Shown here piece after piece: positions 49,987 through 57,629 of a stretch of DNA of 63,992 nt. The first letter of the stretch is position 1. Each line of letters starts with the position of its first letter. This stretch comes from a virus: positions 1 to 63,992 of IMG/VR virus record IMGVR_UViG_3300048929_000258, one strand, 5' to 3'. The notes under the pieces were generated by a model. The model was given only the letters and a program-made list of their open reading frames with translations. It made no database searches and was not told where the DNA came from. The position numbers and the translations under genes were made by a program.

Positions 49987-50153
49987 GCATCAAACTGAAG
50001 GGTATGAGCCGTGCTGGCGACAATGAGAAGGCAATCGTGGTGCACTTTGATCGCGAGCCGACCAATGAAGAATTCATGGAGCTTTGGGATCAGTTGAAGG
50101 AGCTGCTTGGTCAGCCGAGCGATAAAGAAGGCATCCAGAATGAAATCCACTGA
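49983..50153 (+). CDS. Hypothetical small protein (below the ORF-track cutoff)
   Basis: 56 aa (MSIKLKGMSRAGDNEKAIVVHFDREPT...) with an ATGA overlap on the upstream stop. Confidence 0.45.
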   Translation: MSIKLKGMSRAGDNEKAIVVHFDREPTNEEFMELWDQLKELLGQPSDKEGIQNEIH

Positions 50154-50613
50154 CTTGCTCCTGTTCTGTCCGCAATGCTTCGCCAGTAATGAAGACGGCT
50201 CACAAGGCCAAGTCATTGCAAGCGATCAAAAATCGGTGCATACGATTTGCTACAACTGTGGACTGAACGATGGTGCTGTTGTGCTGCCGCGCGGTGCGAT
50301 TGAGTCGATTCGCAAGCAGGCATCTTGGGTCGGCAAGCGCTACTATCCACACGCTGAGGATATGGACGCGATTGAGGAACGCTACGACCTACTGCGCACC
50401 ATCAAAGTCTTTCCAGGTCGCTCAGCGAAGCAAGTCAGTGATGAAAAATATTGGGAGGTTAAGCAGTTGTTGCCCGATGGTAGCAGTGTAGCTTGCTACA
50501 TTGATGGTGCTGTTGCTCACAATGCTGAGGAAGCCATTGAGGCATCGCGACGTGTGCTGATATACATCCCCGAAGAAAAACTGAAAGGTCCGAAGGCTGC
50601 TGATGCTCACTAA
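50140..50613 (+). CDS. Zinc-ribbon protein
   Basis: 157 aa from ATG 50140 (frame open from 50107). CPQC ... CYNCG. Confidence 0.5.
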   Translation: MKSTDLLLFCPQCFASNEDGSQGQVIASDQKSVHTICYNCGLNDGAVVLPRGAIESIRKQASWVGKRYYPHAEDMDAIEERYDLLRTIKVFPGRSAKQVSDEKYWEVKQLLPDGSSVACYIDGAVAHNAEEAIEASRRVLIYIPEEKLKGPKAADAH

Positions 50614-50720
50614 CATTGGTCTGATCATCTTCGCGATCTTCGTTATCGCTGATCAATTCCGCACGGATGCGGAAACGCAGCGCCAGAAGGATCGCCTCAA
50701 ACATCTTGGAGCAATGACAG

Positions 50721-51200
50721 ATGAAAGGCACCGTATCCATAAATGAAAGTGACGCCATAAAAGCATTGGAACGTATCAAGTATCTCAACTCTAAAGTTGC
50801 CATCTTGGAAGGCAATTGTGACAGATTGAAAGAGAAGAATGCTGCATTGGAAGCTATCGAGAAGGATCATATCAAGCGCATCAATCGCTGTGCTGAAGTT
50901 GAACAATACCTTCTCGATGCTGCGCGCGGCAAACACGAACTACCTGATGCTGCGAAGTGTCGTCAACTCGGCAATCGCATTGGCGATGAGAAGACTATTG
51001 CTATACGTAATGCTTGGGCGCTAGATAGTGGCAGGATTGATTATCTGGAAGACTTCTTGAAGACAGGCCTCATCAGCGCTGGCTTCGAAATCGATGGCGG
51101 CGTTTATTTTGACTACACAGTTTTTGGTAACGATGAAGTCTCCCTGCGTGATCAGAACACGCTTCGCTTCGCAATCGACAAGGCAAGGAGTCAGACGTGA
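50721..51200 (+). CDS. Hypothetical coiled-coil protein
   Basis: 159 aa ORF. Confidence 0.5.
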   Translation: MKGTVSINESDAIKALERIKYLNSKVAILEGNCDRLKEKNAALEAIEKDHIKRINRCAEVEQYLLDAARGKHELPDAAKCRQLGNRIGDEKTIAIRNAWALDSGRIDYLEDFLKTGLISAGFEIDGGVYFDYTVFGNDEVSLRDQNTLRFAIDKARSQT

Positions 51201-51586
51201 CTGAGAACAACTGGACGCTAGAGGAAGCAATTGAGCATCTCGATGCGCGCGGCACCTTCGGTTGTGGCGGCTGTGATGATGCTTGGTTGTACCTGAAGGA
51301 ATACATCAAATCGCAAGATGCGACGATGACAGGAATGGAAAGCTTGCTGGCTGATTACCTTCCGCGCAAGCCTGCTCCTGAGATCGCAACGCTGAGCGCG
51401 CGGCAGCGAGAGATTGCTGACATGATCGCTGTCGGCATGAGCGATGAAGCAATCGCAAGCAAACTCGATCTTGCCTATGGCACCATCAAGCAGCATTCCT
51501 ACGAAATTCGTCACAAGCTGCGCGTCAATACTCGCATCAAGGTCGCGTTGCTGATGGCTGGCGTACCTGTCGAGCAGTTATCATGA
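51197..51586 (+). CDS. LuxR/GerE-type HTH transcriptional regulator
   Basis: 129 aa with a GTG start in a GTGA overlap. LSARQREIADMIAVGMSDEAIASKLDLAYGTIKQHSYEIRHKLRVNTR is a GerE-type HTH. Confidence 0.75.
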   Translation: MTENNWTLEEAIEHLDARGTFGCGGCDDAWLYLKEYIKSQDATMTGMESLLADYLPRKPAPEIATLSARQREIADMIAVGMSDEAIASKLDLAYGTIKQHSYEIRHKLRVNTRIKVALLMAGVPVEQLS

Positions 51587-52686
51587 AGCGCGCATTGATG
51601 GCTTGGGAGATTGGTGATGGCTATGGTCATATCGAGAACTTGATAGCTATCGCGCAGCGCCTACAAGCAGAAGGTGACTGGATCATCTATTGGTCGATCC
51701 CGCGCCATGCGACGGCACAACGCAACTACCTTGAGGCGCGCGACTTCTGCGAAATATTTGCATTCGACCATCCGTCCGTGCTGCCGCGCGCGGTCGAGTT
51801 GGGGGCCAGTAGCTATCTCGATATGCTTGGGCAATACGCCTATAGCTCGCGGGAGCGCTTGCAGCCGCTTGTTGATCGCGTTAGGTGGATATGTGAATTT
51901 GTTAAGCCTGACCTGATCTTTTCGGAATGTGCGCCGACCTTCGCGCTTGTTGCGCCGAGCGTTGGGGTTGGCACGTCGTTCGGTTTGCCCGCATCTGGTG
52001 GACAGAAAGCTGGGAAGTGGAATCTGTCTGAGAAGCGCGACGCTTGGATGCACGATCCGATCTTCTACGCGATCATTGCGCAATGCGGGTTGGATCGCTT
52101 CCAATACACCCATCGTCTCGCATTCTGCTACCCTGAGATGAATTGCTATGATGATGCTTGCGAAAGCATCGGGCCTGTACGCAAGTATCGACGTTGGGCG
52201 GATTGTGGAACAGATATCTTTGCCTACCTTGATCGCAATCACCCTCATCTTCACTCGATCCTTGATGCATGCGACGCGTATGCGTCCAGGATGAAAGTGA
52301 AAGCGGATATCTATATCAAGGGTCAAGGCGAGCCGTTCAATGAGCATCGTATGATGCTGGCAGGTCGTCTGGTCCACCACGGTTCTGCCGGCATGGCGCA
52401 CGCTGGGCTTCAGCTAGGCATTCCCCAGTTCTGTTTTCCGTTCCATGCGGAGAACACCATCAACACGCGTCGACTCATGGACATTGGCGTTGCGAATGCA
52501 GCGGGCTACGCGGAAGCCGATTTATACGAGCATCGACTGCTACAAAGCTATGAATTGGAGCTGGCTGGCGCACGCATCTATCAACCGCCGCTGACCAATG
52601 CGATTGAAACGCTGATGGCGAAGATTGGCGTGGTGGACTTGCTAGCGAAATTCGATCTGAGCGGAGATGACGAAGATGAGACGTGA
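51583..52686 (+). CDS. GT-B fold (GT1/MGT-like) UDP-glycosyltransferase
   Basis: 367 aa with an ATGA overlap on the LuxR gene. The N-terminus is GDGYGHIENLIAIAQRL. The C-terminus HHGSAGMAHAGLQLGIPQFCFPFHAENTINTRRL matches HHGGaGT...G.P....P...DQ..N. Confidence 0.65.
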   Translation: MKRALMAWEIGDGYGHIENLIAIAQRLQAEGDWIIYWSIPRHATAQRNYLEARDFCEIFAFDHPSVLPRAVELGASSYLDMLGQYAYSSRERLQPLVDRVRWICEFVKPDLIFSECAPTFALVAPSVGVGTSFGLPASGGQKAGKWNLSEKRDAWMHDPIFYAIIAQCGLDRFQYTHRLAFCYPEMNCYDDACESIGPVRKYRRWADCGTDIFAYLDRNHPHLHSILDACDAYASRMKVKADIYIKGQGEPFNEHRMMLAGRLVHHGSAGMAHAGLQLGIPQFCFPFHAENTINTRRLMDIGVANAAGYAEADLYEHRLLQSYELELAGARIYQPPLTNAIETLMAKIGVVDLLAKFDLSGDDEDET

Positions 52687-52873
52687 TGGCGTTCATTACA
52701 ACTATACCAACCAGCCCGACAATGTTGGCGCTTGGCGACTCGGTGAGGCTTGTAGTAAAGCGTCGAAGGATAGCGCTGGCGACTACATTGATCGTGGCCT
52801 GAGCTTGCTACATCGATTGAACGAAATGGGATATGGGGTCTATCTAATTGCTGAGGCGGAGAAAGCATCATGA
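52667..52873 (+). CDS. Hypothetical protein
   Basis: 68 aa (ATG 52676 is an alternative start). Confidence 0.45.
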   Translation: MTKMRRDGVHYNYTNQPDNVGAWRLGEACSKASKDSAGDYIDRGLSLLHRLNEMGYGVYLIAEAEKAS

Positions 52874-53103
52874 GCAATGAACTGGAATCGACAGAACGTG
52901 CCGTTGAGGTCAATCTTGGTGAAGACGATGTGCTTGTTGTAAAAGCCAAAGGACGCATCAGCAATGAGCATGCTGATCGCATCTACCATCATCTGGAAGG
53001 TATTTTGGGGAAACGCGGCAACCAGATCATCTTGCTGGGCGATGATCTTGAGCTGGTGGTGTTACATAGAGAGCTGCCTGCTATCAAGGAGATCAATTCA
53101 TGA
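52870..53103 (+). CDS. Hypothetical protein
   Basis: 77 aa with an ATGA overlap. Confidence 0.5.
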   Translation: MSNELESTERAVEVNLGEDDVLVVKAKGRISNEHADRIYHHLEGILGKRGNQIILLGDDLELVVLHRELPAIKEINS

Positions 53104-53390
53104 TGACGGATGCGGGTTACGAAACGGCGGCGATCCCCGATAAATGGAACACCTATGCGATATGTACTGAGAGATGTGGCTGGGTAACGCAATATGCAGT
53201 ATGGGGCAAGCCGCTTAGTCCGCGTTGCTGTCCGACTTGTGGCGCTTATATTGGCGTTGTAATTGGCAGGTGGTGGCGAATTTGGATACCACAAGTTTGG
53301 TGGAAGCGCTGGCGCAGCAAGGGTCATTACTTCCATGTGCGATTTGAGGTTCGTCCGATAACTGCGACGGGGCTGCGCAATGAAAATTGA
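53100..53390 (+). CDS. Zinc-ribbon, Trp/Arg-rich small protein
   Basis: 96 aa. CTERCG ... CCPTCG. Confidence 0.5.
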   Translation: MMTDAGYETAAIPDKWNTYAICTERCGWVTQYAVWGKPLSPRCCPTCGAYIGVVIGRWWRIWIPQVWWKRWRSKGHYFHVRFEVRPITATGLRNEN

Positions 53391-53721
53391 CTTTCTGATT
53401 TTTGGCAACGGCTACGGCCTTGGTGCGCCTAGATGTGAGCAATCCTTTCATTGGTTGAAAGATACGCGTACTGGGAAATGCGCAATGTACCATGAGGATG
53501 GTTGGTTCGGCGCGCAGCTCGTTTCATTTCAATGGTTCAATCCGCAAGTTGGCGAAAGACGACGTTTGCTTGGAAGAGAATTTGTTGCTGTCAGTGCTAG
53601 GCGCAGATGGTTACGTGTCAGCATATCTTGGAGTCAACGACTCTCTGAAGACACCGATCAAGCAAACAAGTTCTTGCATAAATTCTTTGACGATCTACGA
53701 AACTTGAGGGCTGTATCATGA
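53380..53721 (+). CDS. Hypothetical protein
   Basis: 113 aa ORF. Confidence 0.5.
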   Translation: MKIDFLIFGNGYGLGAPRCEQSFHWLKDTRTGKCAMYHEDGWFGAQLVSFQWFNPQVGERRRLLGREFVAVSARRRWLRVSISWSQRLSEDTDQANKFLHKFFDDLRNLRAVS

Positions 53722-54026
53722 TGACTCTTGAAGAAGCTGTCAACACTGTCACGCTTGGCATCCCACAGTCCGATGCGCGTGCACACAAAGCGTTGCTTAT
53801 CATGCTCAATGCGCTTCAAATGACAGGGATCGAAGCAGAAGGAGCGCGACAGGAAGTTGAAGCGCTGAATGGTGAGATTGCTGCCATGAAGAACTTGAAC
53901 GACATCTCGCGCTACAAGTGCCATCCATTTGGTTACATGAGGCCACATCCCGCCGGCAAGTTCGTCAAGCTGGAGGATGTGGAATCGTATCTGAGCAATC
54001 CCTTTGGAGAGAGCTATCATGGTTAG
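53718..54026 (+). CDS. Hypothetical protein
   Basis: 102 aa with an ATGA overlap. Confidence 0.5.
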   Translation: MMTLEEAVNTVTLGIPQSDARAHKALLIMLNALQMTGIEAEGARQEVEALNGEIAAMKNLNDISRYKCHPFGYMRPHPAGKFVKLEDVESYLSNPFGESYHG

Positions 54027-54240
54027 CAGCCTACTTGATGAAGATCGCAAACATCTTGCTGCGCAGATCGCACGTGACGAGATGGAGGAAGCGGTTGAGA
54101 CTATCCTCGATGACTGCGTGGACGCCTACATCGCTGCAGGCGGTGGCATCGGAACCGACTACCAAGAAGATCGCGACCAAATCAAAACAGTGCTGATCAC
54201 AGCCTACAACCTCTGGGGCATCGGACGTGTCGACAAATGA
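54019..54240 (+). CDS. Hypothetical acidic protein
   Basis: 73 aa from ATG 54019 (TTG 54004 is also in frame). Confidence 0.45.
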   Translation: MVSSLLDEDRKHLAAQIARDEMEEAVETILDDCVDAYIAAGGGIGTDYQEDRDQIKTVLITAYNLWGIGRVDK

Positions 54241-55711
54241 AAGCGATACCCGCTCGCAAAACGAGCGCATCCAAGCAGAGGCTCGCGCGCTGCTAGATGC
54301 AGAACTGGAAGCAGCGCGACAAGCGGATGAACGAAACCCAATGCTCCCATCGCTGCGCGCCGATCCGCTGCGCGCGGCAGTTACGGTACTGGAGCGATTC
54401 TTTACCAAGAACGGCTTGCGGCAGCTAATCTACTACCGCGAGAACTGGTACAGCTATTACGACCGATTGTGGGGCCAACGTCACGAACAAGACATTGACC
54501 ACTTTGTCCACTCGAAACTGATCCACTGCCGGGCGATGGATGCGGAAGGTGAGGTGATTGACTTCCCAACCACCTCCGCGAACGTGACCGAGATACGCAA
54601 ACAGATTCAGCACATCCAAACGATCCCCTCGCACTACCGCGTTCCATGCGTCAAGAATGGCAATGGGAAATGGGTTGAGATCGATGCAGCTGGGAAGATG
54701 GTTTGTCGCGGTTCGCTGGTGGATATGAAGACTGGTGAAGTCAACGACAATCATAGTCTGTTCATCCCCAATGGTGCTGAATGGGAATACAAGCCCAAAG
54801 CGCGCAAACCGAAACACTGGCACGAGTTCCTTGAATCGATCTTCTCAGATCGCGAGGAAGATGTGACGTTACTCCAGGAATGGTTCGGCTATGTGCTCAG
54901 CGGCGATACTTGGGCGCAGAAAGGCTTGATCATTGTTGGTCCGCCGCGAGCCGGTAAAGGTATCATCGGCCATGTTCTTAGCAATCTGTTAGGCAAGTCG
55001 ATGGTATCCAGCCCCGCGCTCCACGCTATCGGCACGAGGTTTGGCTTGGAAGACCTGATCGATAAGCGACTGTGCTTGATCTCAGACGCGCGCCTATCGA
55101 ACCGCCAGGATATCTTCGCGGTGATCGAAACGCTGTTGCGGATCATTGGTGGTGACTCGGTCAGTGTTGATCGAAAGAACAAAGGTGCACTCAATCTCGA
55201 TCTGCTAGCGCGCATCATGCTGCTGTCGAACGAGATGCCTCAGCTGTCGGATAACTCCACCGCCATCAACAATCGCTTCCTAATCATGAACCTTCACGAA
55301 TCGTTCCTTGGTCGTGAGGATGTTCATCTACTCGACAAGCTGATGAAGGAATTGCCTGCTATCGCAAACTGGGCCATTGAGGGCTACAAGCGGTTGATTG
55401 CTACCCACAAGTTCTCTGAGCCGGAGTCGAGCAAGATTGCGCGTCAAGAGTGGTATGAGGAAAACAACCCGCTTGCGCAGTTTGTGGAAGATTGCTGTGA
55501 GGTTGATGCTGGCCACAAGGTTGCGATGACGGAGCTGTTTGATGCTTATAAGGCTTGGTGCGAGGGTCGCGGTTACCAGTCGATGGCAGCGAATGCGTTG
55601 AGCAGAAGGTTAAGCGCCATGCTCGGTGCCCGTATCACACGCGTCAAAAATGACAATATCCGCTATGTTGGCGGCATCGGACTGCGCAAATCGAGTCGCG
55701 AGGCGTTCTAG
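54227..55711 (+). CDS. D5/P4-family primase-helicase (SF3 NTPase)
   Basis: 494 aa. WFGYVLSGDTWAQKGLIIVGPPRAGKGIIGHVLSNLLG (Walker A) and RLCLISDARL (Walker B-like) follow the phage/plasmid primase P4-family C-terminal domain pattern. Confidence 0.75.
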   Translation: MSTNESDTRSQNERIQAEARALLDAELEAARQADERNPMLPSLRADPLRAAVTVLERFFTKNGLRQLIYYRENWYSYYDRLWGQRHEQDIDHFVHSKLIHCRAMDAEGEVIDFPTTSANVTEIRKQIQHIQTIPSHYRVPCVKNGNGKWVEIDAAGKMVCRGSLVDMKTGEVNDNHSLFIPNGAEWEYKPKARKPKHWHEFLESIFSDREEDVTLLQEWFGYVLSGDTWAQKGLIIVGPPRAGKGIIGHVLSNLLGKSMVSSPALHAIGTRFGLEDLIDKRLCLISDARLSNRQDIFAVIETLLRIIGGDSVSVDRKNKGALNLDLLARIMLLSNEMPQLSDNSTAINNRFLIMNLHESFLGREDVHLLDKLMKELPAIANWAIEGYKRLIATHKFSEPESSKIARQEWYEENNPLAQFVEDCCEVDAGHKVAMTELFDAYKAWCEGRGYQSMAANALSRRLSAMLGARITRVKNDNIRYVGGIGLRKSSREAF

Positions 55712-55771
55712 TCGAGAGCTGCCCGATGAGCCTTGCAGAAGGGTTTGTTCACCATGCAGGCGTGTGTCTAC

Positions 55772-56085
55772 GGGACGATATTAGGGCAGCGAACGGGACG
55801 ATATTAGGCTGAAAGGTACGATCTAGGACGATGTTTTCGATGGTTCTAGAGCAATGCGAAATGCGCCTTGAGGGTGGTTGCCGGCGAGTTGGCTGCCGGG
55901 CGGGACGATATAAGGCCTGTTTCGGGACGGTTTTGGTACGATGTTTGGTACGATTGCCGCCAGTGTTTATCTGTGTTCGTACGATACGGGACGATATTTT
56001 CCTATTCCTAGGAAAGAAAGATAGAAATAGAAGAATAGAGAGAGGGGTATAGGTAGGTGCGTAAATATCCGCCCGTATCGTCCCG
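55772..56085. repeat. Iteron-like array of GGGACGATAT-type motifs plus a purine/AT-rich tract (candidate origin or terminase/regulator binding region)
   Basis: Direct copies lie at 55772, 55795, 55902 and 55988 (GGGACGATAT[TA]). Variants lie at 55815, 55825, 55924, 55935, 55947 and 55978 (GGTACGAT / AGGACGAT / GGGACGGT / CGTACGAT). One inverted copy lies at 56072-56085. A purine-rich AT-rich tract spans 56012-56045. Confidence 0.7.
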
Positions 56086-56197
56086 TAAAAGAGCGCGCGG
56101 CAGCGCTGAATTGGAGTGATGAAGATGGCATGTTCTGGATGCGACCGGCGACGGAAGTGGATACTTGACAAAGCACGCAAGGTTTGGAGGATGATTG

Positions 56198-56458
56198 ATG
56201 TCAAAGCCGATGGTACACCTCTCAACAGAGCGCCTCATGCGCCAGCTGATAGTGTCACTGGACGAACTGACGCAGAGCAATCTGGCGCTGGCACAGTCGT
56301 TAGCGATTCAAGCAGAAGCTCAGCAGGCGATATTGGAAAGGATTGACGCGTTGTATAGTCGTGCTGGCGATGAAGTAGGACAAGAACCGCTGGCGACTGA
56401 TCTTGGTCAGTCACTATCGCATCTGGAACCAGACTACAAGAAGGAGCACAGCCTGTAA
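56198..56458 (+). CDS. Hypothetical helical protein, first gene of the packaging operon
   Basis: 86 aa from ATG 56198. GGAGG lies at 56186-56190. TAATG junction with the HNH gene. Confidence 0.55.
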   Translation: MSKPMVHLSTERLMRQLIVSLDELTQSNLALAQSLAIQAEAQQAILERIDALYSRAGDEVGQEPLATDLGQSLSHLEPDYKKEHSL

Positions 56459-56907
56459 TGCCTGATAAGCCGACAATCTATCGACCGCCCACGCGCGCCC
56501 GGCAGTCGCATAACTGGAACAAGAATGCAGACTCCCCCAAACGAGTAACAGGCAGAGCATTACAGGCACGCAATAAGCGTATCAAGGTGCGTGATAGGTT
56601 CACCTGCCAGAACAAGCAGTGTGGTCTCCTCACTACAGATGTACAGATCGATCATAAGATAGCACTCACCCAAGGCGGCGAAGATACCGATGACAATCTA
56701 CAGTGCCTATGTCCTCAGTGTCATGCTATCAAGTCCAAGATAGAAGCAGTACATAAGCGACTGCCTGACCCTACCGACTATCCTCTGACGTACAAGGCAG
56801 CACTGCTGTCGCTGAAGTCTAGCAACGATAGTGAGGGTGATGAGTGGGATGTACAAGCAATGATGCGTTGTGGTGGTACACCGTTACAGACAGATGGACA
56901 GCCATGA
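56458..56907 (+). CDS. HNH endonuclease (terminase-associated)
   Basis: 149 aa. CQNKQCG ... QIDHKIALTQGGEDTDDNLQCLCPQCHAIKS. It sits immediately upstream of terS/terL, as in HK97-like cos phages. Confidence 0.8.
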   Translation: MPDKPTIYRPPTRARQSHNWNKNADSPKRVTGRALQARNKRIKVRDRFTCQNKQCGLLTTDVQIDHKIALTQGGEDTDDNLQCLCPQCHAIKSKIEAVHKRLPDPTDYPLTYKAALLSLKSSNDSEGDEWDVQAMMRCGGTPLQTDGQP

Positions 56908-57116
56908 AAGCAACACACACCACCAGCATTTTGAGCACGCACGAAAACACACATGGCATGGGGGCTGTGCCCGCCCGGTCGGGGGGTGTGACAGCTTTGA
57001 AAATGGATGCCACGGGAATCCGCCATGTGAGGTTTTTTTCCAATGGCTTTGAATAAGCCACGAAACATGAAATGGTATATAAATCAAAATCGTGACAGAT
57101 TCTGGAGCACCAAAAT

Positions 57117-57629
57117 ATGGCAACGCGTGGACGCAAACCAGTTCCAGCAGCAATACGTGAGTTGACAGGCAACAAGAGCAGCCATCCACCACCGAATCCA
57201 AAGGGACACAAGATCAAGCGACCGCTCGGCGGACCGCCATCTTGGATGACGCAGCTTCAAAAGGAGATATGGCGGGAAGGTTTGGAGAATGTGCCCATGG
57301 GTTTGCTGCGTGCACTTGATGCTGGCATCTATCAATCTTGGGTGTTTGCGAGTTACAGCCAGCGCCGCGCGGCAGAACGTTACATTTCCGAAGGTGAGCA
57401 TCCAACGATCATGACAGTGAATGGTGGCGTGCGCGAGAACCCGCTGCTTCGCATCATTCGCTCAGAAGGTCAAACTGCTGCACGTTTGGCAACAGAGATG
57501 GGATTCACTCCAACATCCAGGCAGCGAGTAAAGGGCGATGGCGACAACGAAAAGCCGGAAAACGAGTTCAACGAGTTCCAAGACGGCGACTCAGCGCAGA
57601 ACGCGCAAGGCAGCAAGTCAGTCAACTAG
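57117..57629 (+). CDS. terS: Terminase small subunit (P27 family)
   Basis: 170 aa. MATRGRKPVPAAIRELTGN ... LDAGIYQSWVFASYSQRRAAERYI ... NPLLRIIRSEGQTAARLATEMGFTPTSR fits the P27-family TerS pattern. Confidence 0.8.
   Translation: MATRGRKPVPAAIRELTGNKSSHPPPNPKGHKIKRPLGGPPSWMTQLQKEIWREGLENVPMGLLRALDAGIYQSWVFASYSQRRAAERYISEGEHPTIMTVNGGVRENPLLRIIRSEGQTAARLATEMGFTPTSRQRVKGDGDNEKPENEFNEFQDGDSAQNAQGSKSVN

Noticed and set aside
50603-50746. 47-aa hydrophobic ORF (MLTNIGLIIFAIFVIADQF...) bridging the 50613-50721 gap
   Set aside because: It overlaps both flanking genes (11 nt and 26 nt) and has no clear RBS. It may be real, but support is too weak to call.
51661-52401. 246-aa ORF on the minus strand
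   Set aside because: It is antisense to the GT-B glycosyltransferase gene, which carries the recognisable motifs. Shadow ORF.
55772-56085. Possible CRISPR array
   Set aside because: The repeats are only about 10-16 bp, degenerate, irregularly spaced (some adjacent), and include an inverted copy. There are no cas genes and no uniform spacers. An iteron or protein-binding array fits better.
55749-56225. 158-aa minus-strand ORF and other short ORFs inside the repeat region
   Set aside because: They lie entirely within the iteron-like, AT-rich non-coding interval. They have no RBS and a low-complexity translation. The repeats explain the open frames.
56116-56346. 76-aa ORF (MKMACSGCDRRRKW...) overlapping the first packaging-operon gene
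   Set aside because: Its C-terminal two thirds read like out-of-frame sequence. The overlapping 56198-56458 frame has a GGAGG RBS and is coupled to the HNH gene. A very short functional peptide cannot be excluded.
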